Shown piece by piece: positions 9,152 to 17,692 of a stretch of DNA of 45,312 nucleotides. The stretch lies in NCBI GenBank assembly GCA_017424485.1, contig JAFOYZ010000104.1, forward strand, positions 1-45,312. The letters are read 5' to 3'. The translations under genes and the position numbers were made by a program. Numbering within the stretch: the stretch's first letter is position 1; each line of letters begins with the position of its first letter. The notes under the pieces were generated by a model. That model worked only from the letters and a program-made list of their open reading frames with translations. It searched no databases and had not been told where the DNA came from. The DNA comes from Bacteroidaceae bacterium. Lineage in GTDB: Bacteria > Bacteroidota > Bacteroidia > Bacteroidales > Bacteroidaceae.

Positions 9152-10846
9152 TTAACAGTCCATAGCATTCATCATCATCACATTCACAGCACCTCCTGGA
9201 GGTGTCATGGGCATAACATTCTCATTCTCCATGATGGCCACTTCGAGCAGGAAGGGGCCATCGGTAGCGAGCATGGTGTCGATGGCACTGGCCAGTTGGT
9301 CGCGCTCCACCACCAATTGTGAAGGTATGCCATAGGCCTCGGCTATCTTCATGTAGTCGGGGTTCAGCATGGGTGTGCACGAGTAGCGCTTGCCGAAGAA
9401 GAGCTCCTGCCATTGGCGCACGTTGCCCAGGTAGTTGTTGTTGAGCAGAATCATCTTCACCGGTGCACCCGTCTCCATAATGGTGCCAAACTCCTGTATA
9501 CTCATCTGTATGCCGCCGTCGCCCATGAACACGCACACCGTGCGGTCGGGAGCACCGAAGGTGGCACCTACGGCAGCAGGAAGTCCGAATCCCATCGTGC
9601 CCAGTCCGCCCGACGTGATGATGCTGCGTTTCTGAGTATACTGGAAGTAGCGGGCCGACATCATCTGATTCTGTCCCACGTCGGTCACCAATATAGCCTT
9701 GTTACCCGAAGCTTCACTTACGGCGCGAGCCACCTCACCCATGCGTAGCGGTCCCTCCTCGGGGTATATGGCGTGGCGGATAACCTCATTCCACTCCTTC
9801 TCCTCGTATGGAGCGAAGCTCTCTATCCATTCCGTATGCTGAGCCTCATCGATAGCTGCGGTCAGGCGCGCCAGCGTGTCCTTGCAGTCGCCTAATACGG
9901 CCACGTCGGCATACACGTTCTTGTTTATCTCTGCCGGGTCGATATCGAGGTGTATCACCTTGGCCTGCTTGGCATAGGCATCGAGCCGACCGGTCACGCG
10001 GTCGTCAAAACGCATGCCTACGGCGATGAGCAAATCACATTCGTTGGTCTTTACATTTGGGCCCAAGTTGCCGTGCATTCCCAACATACCTTTTCGGAGA
10101 CGGTGTCCGTGGGGTAAGGTCGAAAGTCCCAGCAATGTACATCCCACAGGGATATCGGCCTTCTCTACGAAAGCGCGCAACTCCTCGGTGGCATTGCTTA
10201 GCTCGATGCCCTGTCCTGCAAGCAGCAAGGGGCGCTCGGCAGCGTTGATGAGGGCAGCAGCCTCCTCCACGCTCTTGGGGTCGGTTTCGGGTATGGCGAT
10301 ATATCCGCGCTCCACATCGATGGTGGCAGGTTTGAAGTCCACCATGCCCACCTGCGCATTCTTGGCAAAGTCGAGCACCACGGGTCCGGGGCGTCCGCTA
10401 CCCGCAATATGGAACGCACGTGCTACAGCCCAAGCAATGTCTTCAGGGCGGCGCACCTGATAGCTCCACTTCGATATAGGCTGCGTGATACCCACGAGGT
10501 CCACCTCTTGAAAGGCGTCGGTGCCAAGAAAGTTGGCCGCCACCTGTCCCGCTATGACCACAATGGGTGTACTATCCAGCATGGCATCGGCCACGCCCGT
10601 AATCGTATTGGTTGCACCGGGGCCGCTCGTCACAAGACAAACGCCTACCTTACCCGACGCACGGGCATAGCCCTGCGCTGCGTGGGCGGCACCCTGTTCG
10701 TGGCGCACGAGCACCTGCTTGAAATCATTCTGATGATCATACATGGCATCAAATACGGGCATGATGCTACCGCCAGGATAACCAAACACGGTATCTACGC
10801 CCTCGTGGATAAGAGCCTGCATGAGTGCTTCTGAACCAGTAATCAT
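9152..10846 (-). CDS. ilvB: Acetolactate synthase large (catalytic) subunit
   Basis: 564 aa, a ThDP enzyme with the GDGGIQMSIQE..NNNYLG motif, adjacent to ilvN. Confidence 0.92.
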   Translation of the reverse strand: MITGSEALMQALIHEGVDTVFGYPGGSIMPVFDAMYDHQNDFKQVLVRHEQGAAHAAQGYARASGKVGVCLVTSGPGATNTITGVADAMLDSTPIVVIAGQVAANFLGTDAFQEVDLVGITQPISKWSYQVRRPEDIAWAVARAFHIAGSGRPGPVVLDFAKNAQVGMVDFKPATIDVERGYIAIPETDPKSVEEAAALINAAERPLLLAGQGIELSNATEELRAFVEKADIPVGCTLLGLSTLPHGHRLRKGMLGMHGNLGPNVKTNECDLLIAVGMRFDDRVTGRLDAYAKQAKVIHLDIDPAEINKNVYADVAVLGDCKDTLARLTAAIDEAQHTEWIESFAPYEEKEWNEVIRHAIYPEEGPLRMGEVARAVSEASGNKAILVTDVGQNQMMSARYFQYTQKRSIITSGGLGTMGFGLPAAVGATFGAPDRTVCVFMGDGGIQMSIQEFGTIMETGAPVKMILLNNNYLGNVRQWQELFFGKRYSCTPMLNPDYMKIAEAYGIPSQLVVERDQLASAIDTMLATDGPFLLEVAIMENENVMPMTPPGGAVNVMMMNAMDC

Positions 10847-10926
10847 ATCTTTCTATCTTGCGTTCTCTTAGCCATCAGGTTGGGAACTTACGAGCATTCA
10901 TACTCATCGTCCTTAATCTATAGACT

Positions 10927-10960
10927 AAAATTAAAAACCTTCCTCCACAAGTGAGAAAGG
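10927..10960 (-). terminator. Candidate attenuator terminator in the ilvB leader
   Basis: Minus strand CCTTTCTC-ACTTGTG-GAGGAAGG followed by TTTTTAATTTT. It lies 36 nt after the leader-ORF stop and 80 nt before the ilvB ATG. Confidence 0.45.
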
Positions 10961-10996
10961 CCGCCTTCTTAATTATAAACTAATACCATACAATTC

Positions 10997-11065
10997 TCAC
11001 TTCTGTCTCTTCTCAAAGACTAGACCATCAATAATGACCAGGTGAAGAACCGTATTTGCTTTCAT
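10997..11065 (-). promoter_or_regulatory. Candidate ilvB leader peptide MKANTVLHLVIIDGLVFEKRQK (22 aa)
   Basis: ATG at 11065 and TGA at 10997-10999. Eight of 22 codons are Val/Leu/Ile, clustered as VLHLVIIDGLV. It starts 17 nt after a TATTTTTG -7 box. Confidence 0.4.
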
Positions 11066-11082
11066 ATCTCGTTGTTTGGCTG

Positions 11083-11090
11083 CAAAAATA
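11083..11090 (-). promoter_or_regulatory. -7 box TATTTTTG for the ilvB leader / ilvBNC
   Basis: Part of a ~60-nt module that is ~75% identical to the ilvD promoter region (13231-13295). Confidence 0.5.
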
Positions 11091-11200
11091 GATATAAAAT
11101 CCCGTTTCTACTAATAATTTATCATCTTTTTTCGCCTATTCATGAAATTTTGTTTACTATCATTCCTTCGAACGAGAAAAAGTGTTACACCACACGAAAC

Positions 11201-11249
11201 ATTGCAATCAAACAACTGCGAAGGCTAGCATCGCCAACCTCCGCAGTTG
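11201..11249 (-). terminator. Candidate terminator after ilvD
   Basis: Minus strand CAACTGCGGAGG-13 nt-CCTTCGCAGTTG (12-bp stem with one G-U pair) followed by TTTGATTG. Confidence 0.4.
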
Positions 11250-11265
11250 TCCAATATCGCCAACC

Positions 11266-13176
11266 TTAGTCAATCAAGCGTATGGCCCCCTTGTCAGCCG
11301 AACTCACAAGCGAAGCATATGCTTTGAGAGCCTTAGAAACTTCACGTTTACGAGTCATAGGAGTCATGGGACGTGCTGCCAGTTCCTCATCGCTGAGACG
11401 TACATTGATGGTGCGTGCCGGGATGTCGATATCAATAATATCTCCCGTAACAATCTTACCTATGTTACCTCCTGCAGCAGCCTCCGGAGATATATGGCCG
11501 ATACTAAGGCCTGAGGTACCGCCCGAAAAACGGCCGTCAGTAATAAGTGCACAAGCCTTACCCAAATGCTTCGACTTGATGTATGAAGTAGGATAAAGCA
11601 TCTCCTGCATACCTGGACCTCCCTTAGGACCCTCGTGCGTAATGACTACCACGTCACCCGCAACGATGTCGCCTCCGAGGATACCCTCAACGGCAGCATC
11701 TTGTGAGTCGTAAACCTTGGCGGGGCCGGAGAATTTCCATATACTTTCGTCTACACCGGCAGTCTTCACTACGCAGCCATCTTGTGCAATGTTGCCTTTG
11801 AGCACGGCCAAACCGCCATCCTTCGAGTACGCATGAGCAAGGTCGCGAATACAACCTTCAGTACGATCAATGTCAAACTCCTTATAATACGATTCCTGCG
11901 AACCCATCACATTGCTGAACTTACGGGCAGGAGCACTGGCGTAGATTTGTATGGGAGTGAGAGTTGAGGGTTGAGAGCTAACAGATAAAAGTTGACCGTT
12001 TGCTGTATGATTAGCACAACTTTCCACATTGACTTTGCCCCCTGCGGGCGTATACCTTTGGTTCATCTTTCCACTTTCACCTTGTGTAATATCATATTTG
12101 GCAATAGCTTCGGCAAGTGTGAGCCCGTCTACACGTTTTTGGCCTGTATGGAGCAGATTACCCTTAGCCAACTCACCCATGATACCGAGGATACCTCCTG
12201 CGCGATTTACATCCTCGATGTGATACTTTTGCGTAGTGGGTGCTACCTTGCAGATGCAAGGCACACGACGAGAAAGCGCATCAATATCATCCATCGTAAA
12301 GTCCACACCGGCCTCATGAGCCACAGCGAGCAGATGGAGTACAGTATTGGTAGAACCTCCCATGGCAATATCCAACGTCATGGCATTAAGGAACGCTTCG
12401 CGAGTGGCAATGCTTTTAGGGAGCACACTCTCATCACCCTGCTCATAATATTTATAGGCATTTTGTACGATGAGATGGGCCGCCTCTTTGAAGAGTTGTA
12501 TGCGGTTTTTGTGTGTAGCCACAATAGTGCCATTACCAGGAAGGGCAAGGCCTATTGCTTCGTTAAGGCAGTTCATCGAGTTGGCGGTAAACATGCCTGA
12601 ACAACTACCGCATCCAGGACATGCTTTACGCTCGATAGCCTCTACCTCTTCATTACTCACACTCTCATCGGCCGACTTGATCATCGCATCAATGAGATCG
12701 AGGTGTGCACCATTGAGTTCACCAGCCTCCATAGGTCCGCCCGACACAAATACCGTGGGGATATTTAGGCGCATCGATGCCATGAGCATACCAGGAGTAA
12801 TCTTATCACAATTACTGATACACACCAATGCATCGGCCTTATGAGCATTGCACATATACTCCACGCTATCAGCAATGATGTCACGTGATGGTAGCGAGTA
12901 GAGCATTCCATCGTGCCCCATAGCAATGCCATCGTCGACAGCTATGGTGTTAAACTCAGCGGCGTAGCATCCCAACGCCTCAATCTCACGTTTTACGATC
13001 TGACCTATCTCGTGCAAGTGGGTATGGCCCGGTACAAACTGGGTAAACGAGTTAGCTATGGCAATAATAGGTTTGCCCATCATCTCACGTTTCATACCGT
13101 TGGCAATCCATAGGGCACGAGCGCCTGACATACGGCGGCCCTCTGTGCTGGTAGCGCTTCTAAGTGCGTGTTTCAT
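11266..13176 (-). CDS. ilvD: Dihydroxy-acid dehydratase, with an extra ~35-aa internal segment
   Basis: 636 aa with [26 protein letters not shown] and SPEAA motifs. See the finding on the low-complexity insertion near 11940-12060. Confidence 0.92.
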   Translation of the reverse strand: MKHALRSATSTEGRRMSGARALWIANGMKREMMGKPIIAIANSFTQFVPGHTHLHEIGQIVKREIEALGCYAAEFNTIAVDDGIAMGHDGMLYSLPSRDIIADSVEYMCNAHKADALVCISNCDKITPGMLMASMRLNIPTVFVSGGPMEAGELNGAHLDLIDAMIKSADESVSNEEVEAIERKACPGCGSCSGMFTANSMNCLNEAIGLALPGNGTIVATHKNRIQLFKEAAHLIVQNAYKYYEQGDESVLPKSIATREAFLNAMTLDIAMGGSTNTVLHLLAVAHEAGVDFTMDDIDALSRRVPCICKVAPTTQKYHIEDVNRAGGILGIMGELAKGNLLHTGQKRVDGLTLAEAIAKYDITQGESGKMNQRYTPAGGKVNVESCANHTANGQLLSVSSQPSTLTPIQIYASAPARKFSNVMGSQESYYKEFDIDRTEGCIRDLAHAYSKDGGLAVLKGNIAQDGCVVKTAGVDESIWKFSGPAKVYDSQDAAVEGILGGDIVAGDVVVITHEGPKGGPGMQEMLYPTSYIKSKHLGKACALITDGRFSGGTSGLSIGHISPEAAAGGNIGKIVTGDIIDIDIPARTINVRLSDEELAARPMTPMTRKREVSKALKAYASLVSSADKGAIRLID

Positions 13177-13230
13177 ATTCTTTTGAATTCTATTTACTGA
13201 TACGATTACGTCCTTTATAGGAATAGGTTA

Positions 13231-13238
13231 CAAAAGTA
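13231..13238 (-). promoter_or_regulatory. -7 box TACTTTTG for ilvD
   Basis: 54 nt upstream of the ATG at 13176, within the module shared with the ilvB promoter. Confidence 0.5.
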
Positions 13239-13301
13239 GAGAGAAAATCCCGTCCATACTAATGAAATGTCATCTTTTTTCCCCATTTAGCAAATTATTG
13301 T

Positions 13302-13309
13302 TATCTTTG
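13302..13309 (+). promoter_or_regulatory. -7 box TATCTTTG for the M64 peptidase
   Basis: 34 nt upstream of the ATG at 13344, divergent from the ilvD promoter. Confidence 0.5.
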
Positions 13310-13343
13310 CGAATCTCAAAAAACGCTATACATATATATAAAT

Positions 13344-14684
13344 ATGAAACTACACAACATTTTTTGCGCAGCCTTTGCTATTAGCATGACTGCTACCGCC
13401 CAAGAGCAGGTAAAATTTGAGGATTATTTCCTCCCCAAGACCATGCGCCTCGACTACTACCATGCAGGCGATGCCAAGAACGAATATTTCTTCTTGGATG
13501 AATTGATAGAAGAGCCCTACTGGGCTGGTAACAAGAGCTATCTTGTAGATGGCCGCAATGTAGGAAACCACCGTTTCGAGGTAAAAGACAAAGCCAGCGG
13601 CAAGATCATCTATTCGCGTGGATACAACACTTTATTCAATGAATGGCAGTGCACACCGGAGGCCAAGAAAACCTCTAAGGCCATGCCTGAAGGCATCACA
13701 TTCCCCTACCCCAAAGATGATGTCATTGTTGATTTCTATACTCGCGAGAATAGCACAGGTAAGATGCATAAGCGATGGAGCTATGAGGTGGATGCCGATA
13801 GCTACTTCATACGCAAGTCACGTCCTAGCTTATCCACTATTGACATACATTACACTGGTAATCCCGCCCAACGTGTCGATGTTGTCATCATTCCCGAGGG
13901 GTATACAGAAGCAGAGAAGGACAAATTCATTGACGCTGCCAAAGCATTTGCCGAGGATATCCTTTGCTACCATCCCTACACGGAGTACCGCGACAAGTTT
14001 AACTTCCGTGCCGTATGGGCACCTAGCGAGGAGTCAGGAGTAAGCATCCCTGGCGAGCATATGTGGCGTAATACGGTGCTTGATGCTCACTACTACACCT
14101 TCGATTCAGAACGTTATCAGATGGTAGAAGATTTTCAACGTCTACTCGATATTGCAGCTAACGTACCTTACGAGATTATCTACGTACTCACCAATTCGCA
14201 GAAGTATGGTGGTGGTGGCATCTATAACTTCTATGGCATGAGTGCCGCCAACATTCCCGGAGCATCTACACGTAAGACATATAGTCATGAGTTCGGTCAC
14301 CTCTTTGTAGGTCTTGCCGACGAGTACGTAGGAGGAACAGAGATGAGCGACCTTTATTTCCCTGGTGTGGAGCCTTGGGAGGCAAACATTACTACACTTA
14401 CCGACCTTGATTCCAAGGTATGGGGACGCTTGCTACCCAAAGACAAGAGAGAAAAAGCTATCGACCATAGTGGATGGGAACTCAATCCACAAAATCCCCA
14501 GAGTCCCGACTTCAATCCCAAGAAAGCATGGCCGCTAGGAATATATGAAGGTGGTGGTTATCTGCAACGAGGTGTATATCGCCCCTGGCCAAATTGCATG
14601 ATGAACTGGTTCCATCGTATCGACGTCTACTGCCCTGTATGTATTGAAGAGACCAAGCAAACAATAGAATTATTTGTGAAATAA
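13344..14684 (+). CDS. Secreted zinc metallopeptidase, M64 (IgA-peptidase-like) family
   Basis: 446 aa with a signal peptide, HEFGHLFVGLADEY (HExxH) and an M64-type N-terminal domain. Confidence 0.8.
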   Translation: MKLHNIFCAAFAISMTATAQEQVKFEDYFLPKTMRLDYYHAGDAKNEYFFLDELIEEPYWAGNKSYLVDGRNVGNHRFEVKDKASGKIIYSRGYNTLFNEWQCTPEAKKTSKAMPEGITFPYPKDDVIVDFYTRENSTGKMHKRWSYEVDADSYFIRKSRPSLSTIDIHYTGNPAQRVDVVIIPEGYTEAEKDKFIDAAKAFAEDILCYHPYTEYRDKFNFRAVWAPSEESGVSIPGEHMWRNTVLDAHYYTFDSERYQMVEDFQRLLDIAANVPYEIIYVLTNSQKYGGGGIYNFYGMSAANIPGASTRKTYSHEFGHLFVGLADEYVGGTEMSDLYFPGVEPWEANITTLTDLDSKVWGRLLPKDKREKAIDHSGWELNPQNPQSPDFNPKKAWPLGIYEGGGYLQRGVYRPWPNCMMNWFHRIDVYCPVCIEETKQTIELFVK

Positions 14685-14689
14685 TGAAT

Positions 14690-14727
14690 AAAAAGAAAGA
14701 GGGGAACGCATTCCCCTCTTTCTTTTT
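14690..14727. terminator. Bidirectional terminator (M64 / ilvE convergent)
   Basis: AAAAAGAAAGAGGGGAA-CGCA-TTCCCCTCTTTCTTTTT, a 17-bp perfect stem with A/T runs on both sides. Confidence 0.75.
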
Positions 14728-15754
14728 ATTCGATTACAGTCACCCATCCATGGCGGTCCTCAATATCACCATATTGAATACCGCGCAACATATCATATAG
14801 TTTTCTACAGATGGGCCCAGGTTTTCCATCCTTGGCAATAACATAACTGCGTTTCATTTCTAAGTCGTCGATGCGTTCGATAGGAGATATCACAGCCGCC
14901 GTGCCACATGCGCCAGCCTCCTCGAAGGTGTCGAGTTCCTCGATAGGTATCTGACGACGCTCTACCTTCATACCCATATCCTCGGCCAACTGCATGAGGC
15001 TCTTGTTGGTGATTGATGGCAGTATGGAAGTCGACTTGGGTGTCACGTAGGTATTGTCCTTGATGCCGAAGAAGTTGGCCGCACCACACTCGTCGATGTA
15101 CTTCTTCTCCTTAGCGTCCAGGTAGAACTCACATGAGTAGCCCAAGTCATGAGCCAACTTGTTTGCCTTCATCGATGCGGCGTAGTTGCCACCCACCTTA
15201 TATATACCTGTACCCAGAGGTGCCGAGCGATCGTACTGACGAATCACTACATAGGGGTTCGTAGCAAAGCCACCCTTGAAGTAGGGGCCAACGGGCATCA
15301 CAAAAATCATAAACAAATACTCATCTGCAGGGTGTACACCCACCTGAGGGCCCGTACCGATGAGCAACGGACGGATGTAGAGCGATGCACCACTCTCGTA
15401 GGGAGGCACGAAACGCTCGTTCATCTTCACCACGCGAGTTACCATCTCACGAAACTTCTCGGTAGGCAGTTGAGGCATCATGATGCCATCGCAGGTGCTC
15501 TGCAATCGCTCTGCATTTGCTTCAAGACGGAAAATGCGCACCTTGCCATCCTTGCCGCGGAAGGCTTTCAAGCCCTCGAAGGCCTCTTGTCCGTAGTGTA
15601 GGCAGGTAGCAGCCATATGCAGGGTTATATGCTCGCTATCCGACACTTCAACTTCGCCCCACTCACCGTTGCGATAGTAGCAACGCACGTTATAGTCTGC
15701 TTTCATGTAGCCGAACGAGAGGTTCGACCAATCCAAATCCAATGCTTTTTCCAT
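14726..15754 (-). CDS. ilvE: Branched-chain amino-acid aminotransferase (class IV)
   Basis: 342 aa with YGQEAFEGLKAFR, YKVGGNYAAS and GTAAVISP motifs. Confidence 0.9.
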   Translation of the reverse strand: MEKALDLDWSNLSFGYMKADYNVRCYYRNGEWGEVEVSDSEHITLHMAATCLHYGQEAFEGLKAFRGKDGKVRIFRLEANAERLQSTCDGIMMPQLPTEKFREMVTRVVKMNERFVPPYESGASLYIRPLLIGTGPQVGVHPADEYLFMIFVMPVGPYFKGGFATNPYVVIRQYDRSAPLGTGIYKVGGNYAASMKANKLAHDLGYSCEFYLDAKEKKYIDECGAANFFGIKDNTYVTPKSTSILPSITNKSLMQLAEDMGMKVERRQIPIEELDTFEEAGACGTAAVISPIERIDDLEMKRSYVIAKDGKPGPICRKLYDMLRGIQYGDIEDRHGWVTVIE

Positions 15755-15798
15755 AACTATGTAGTCTATGTTTAATACCTATATATAATAATAGACTG

Positions 15799-15806
15799 CG
15801 AATTTA
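15799..15806 (-). promoter_or_regulatory. -7 box TAAATTCG for ilvE
   Basis: Minus strand reads TAAATTCGCAG, 44 nt upstream of the ATG at 15754. Confidence 0.4.
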
Positions 15807-16087
15807 GTGCAAAAATCCGATTCGGCAAAGACAATGAAAATTTACTTGCATCATTGAGTGCAAGAATTTTATCGAAGGTTAGCAAGAGAACATAAAGCGT
15901 TAAAGGAGGCTTACGAAACTTACTAAAAGCAAAGCATAGTCTGCACTTAAAATAGAGATCTTCAAGGTCAGCACAAGAACAGCACAGGCTGCCCTTGCTT
16001 ATTTATTGACATTCATTTTGTTATGCCTTGCAAGGACAGCCTGCCAACCTATTCGGAAAAAGTCACTTATAATGCCTCTCTTGTTTA

Positions 16088-17608
16088 TCACTCAATGATA
16101 TTGAGCATCTTGATGGTAGCCTTGATGGCAGCCTCCGTCTGGTCGGCATCGAGACCGCGGGTTTTGAAGGTCTTGCCCTCGTATTCCCACGTGATGATAG
16201 TCTGCACAAAGGCGTCGGTGCGTCCACCAGGAGGAATAGACACGGCATAGTTAGTCAGCATGGGAAACTTGCGACCCAATGTTTCCTTATATATCTTGCG
16301 TAGCGCACGCACGAAAGCATCGTACTGACCGTCACCGCTGGCGTTCTGCTCATACACTTGATCGCCAATACTGAGTTTGAGCGAAGCCATAGGCTTGAGG
16401 CCTTGCGAGAGAGTGACATAGTAGCTGAGGAGCTTCACGCGAGCATCTTCCACCGAATGCTTCAGTACATCGGAGATGATATAGGGGAGATCCTCTTGAG
16501 TAACTACTTCCTTCTTGTCACCCAGTTCGATGATACGAGCCGTCACCTTACGCATAGCCTCATCATCAAGTTCGAGACCTAGAGCTTCGAGGTTCTTGCG
16601 TATGTTGGCCTTACCGCTGGTCTTGCCGAGAGCATACTCACGCTTACGGCCGAAGCGTTCGGGAAGCAGTTCGTTGCAGTAGAGATTGTTCTTATTGTCG
16701 CCATCGGCATGCACACCTGCCACCTGAGTGAAGACATTCTCACCTACGATGGGCTTATTGGCAGGAATGGTGATGCCCGAGTAGGACTCAACAAGGCGGC
16801 TCACATCGTTGAGACGCTCTTCGTTGATGGTAGTATCGGCGCCGAAGTGGTCGCGCAGGATAGCCTGCACACTTGCCAAGGGGGCATTACCTGCACGCTC
16901 GCCAAGACCATTGATGGTGGTGTGAAGACCCTTGGCACCAGCCAACACGGCGGCATACACGTTGCTCACGGCAAGGTCGTAGTCATTGTGGGCGTGGAAG
17001 TCGAAATGCGTGTCGGGATAGCGTTGCACCATCACACCCATGAAGGACTGCACCTGCATAGGATTGAGGATACCGAGCGTATCGGGGAGCATGAAACGGC
17101 GGATGCCACAGTCTTTCAGACCATCCATAAGCTGAAAGACATACTCGGGCGAGTTCTTCATACCATTGCTCCAATCCTCGAGATATACGTTGACGGCCAC
17201 TCCCTGTTTGGTGGCATAGGCTACCGCACGACGGATGTCGGCGATATGTTCCTCGGGAGTACGCTTGAGCTGCTCGGTGCAATGCTTGAGCGAGCCCTTG
17301 GTAAGGAGGTTCATTACACGTCCGCCACAACGGCGAATCCAGTCCACCGAAGTGGTGCCATCCACGAAACCGAGGATTTCCACCTTTTCGATATGTCCTG
17401 CACGAGTAGCCCAGTCACAAATGGCACGTACCGACTCCGCTTCACCATCCGACACGCGGGCCGAGGCCACCTCAATGCGGTTTACACGAAGGTCGTCGAG
17501 CAAGCAACGTGCAATGGAAAGCTTCTCATGGGGTACGAACGATACGCCGCTGGTCTGTTCACCATCACGCAGCGTAGTGTCCATAATCTCAATATGTCGA
17601 GGAGTCAT
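16088..17608 (-). CDS. cimA: (R)-citramalate synthase, Leptospira CimA type (LeuA/CimA family)
   Basis: DTTLRDGEQT, HAHNDYDL, GERAGNAPL and a C-terminal LeuA-dimer regulatory domain. The overall sequence resembles the Leptospira CimA that I recall much more than a classical LeuA. I prefer the ATG at 17608 (MTPRHIEIMDTTL), because the track's upstream extension runs through a terminator hairpin. Confidence 0.75.
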   Translation of the reverse strand: MTPRHIEIMDTTLRDGEQTSGVSFVPHEKLSIARCLLDDLRVNRIEVASARVSDGEAESVRAICDWATRAGHIEKVEILGFVDGTTSVDWIRRCGGRVMNLLTKGSLKHCTEQLKRTPEEHIADIRRAVAYATKQGVAVNVYLEDWSNGMKNSPEYVFQLMDGLKDCGIRRFMLPDTLGILNPMQVQSFMGVMVQRYPDTHFDFHAHNDYDLAVSNVYAAVLAGAKGLHTTINGLGERAGNAPLASVQAILRDHFGADTTINEERLNDVSRLVESYSGITIPANKPIVGENVFTQVAGVHADGDNKNNLYCNELLPERFGRKREYALGKTSGKANIRKNLEALGLELDDEAMRKVTARIIELGDKKEVVTQEDLPYIISDVLKHSVEDARVKLLSYYVTLSQGLKPMASLKLSIGDQVYEQNASGDGQYDAFVRALRKIYKETLGRKFPMLTNYAVSIPPGGRTDAFVQTIITWEYEGKTFKTRGLDADQTEAAIKATIKMLNIIE

Positions 17609-17629
17609 AACAATCTCTTTACTTAGTGA

Positions 17630-17675
17630 AGACAAAAATAGTGCAAACGGGCGAAATATGAAAGCCCGTTTGCAC
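17630..17675 (-). terminator. Intrinsic terminator after asnS; its T-tract doubles as the cimA -7 box
   Basis: Minus strand GTGCAAACGGGC-11 nt-GCCCGTTTGCAC followed by TATTTTTGTC. TATTTTTG (17633-17640) lies 24 nt upstream of the cimA ATG. Confidence 0.75.
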
Positions 17676-17692
17676 CAACACAATCTATATTA

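Noticed and set aside
11042-11514. Plus-strand ORFs of 75 aa and 110 aa in and around the ilvD-ilvB spacer.
   Set aside because: They start at GTG/ATG inside promoter and leader DNA, run antisense into ilvD, and show no protein-like features.
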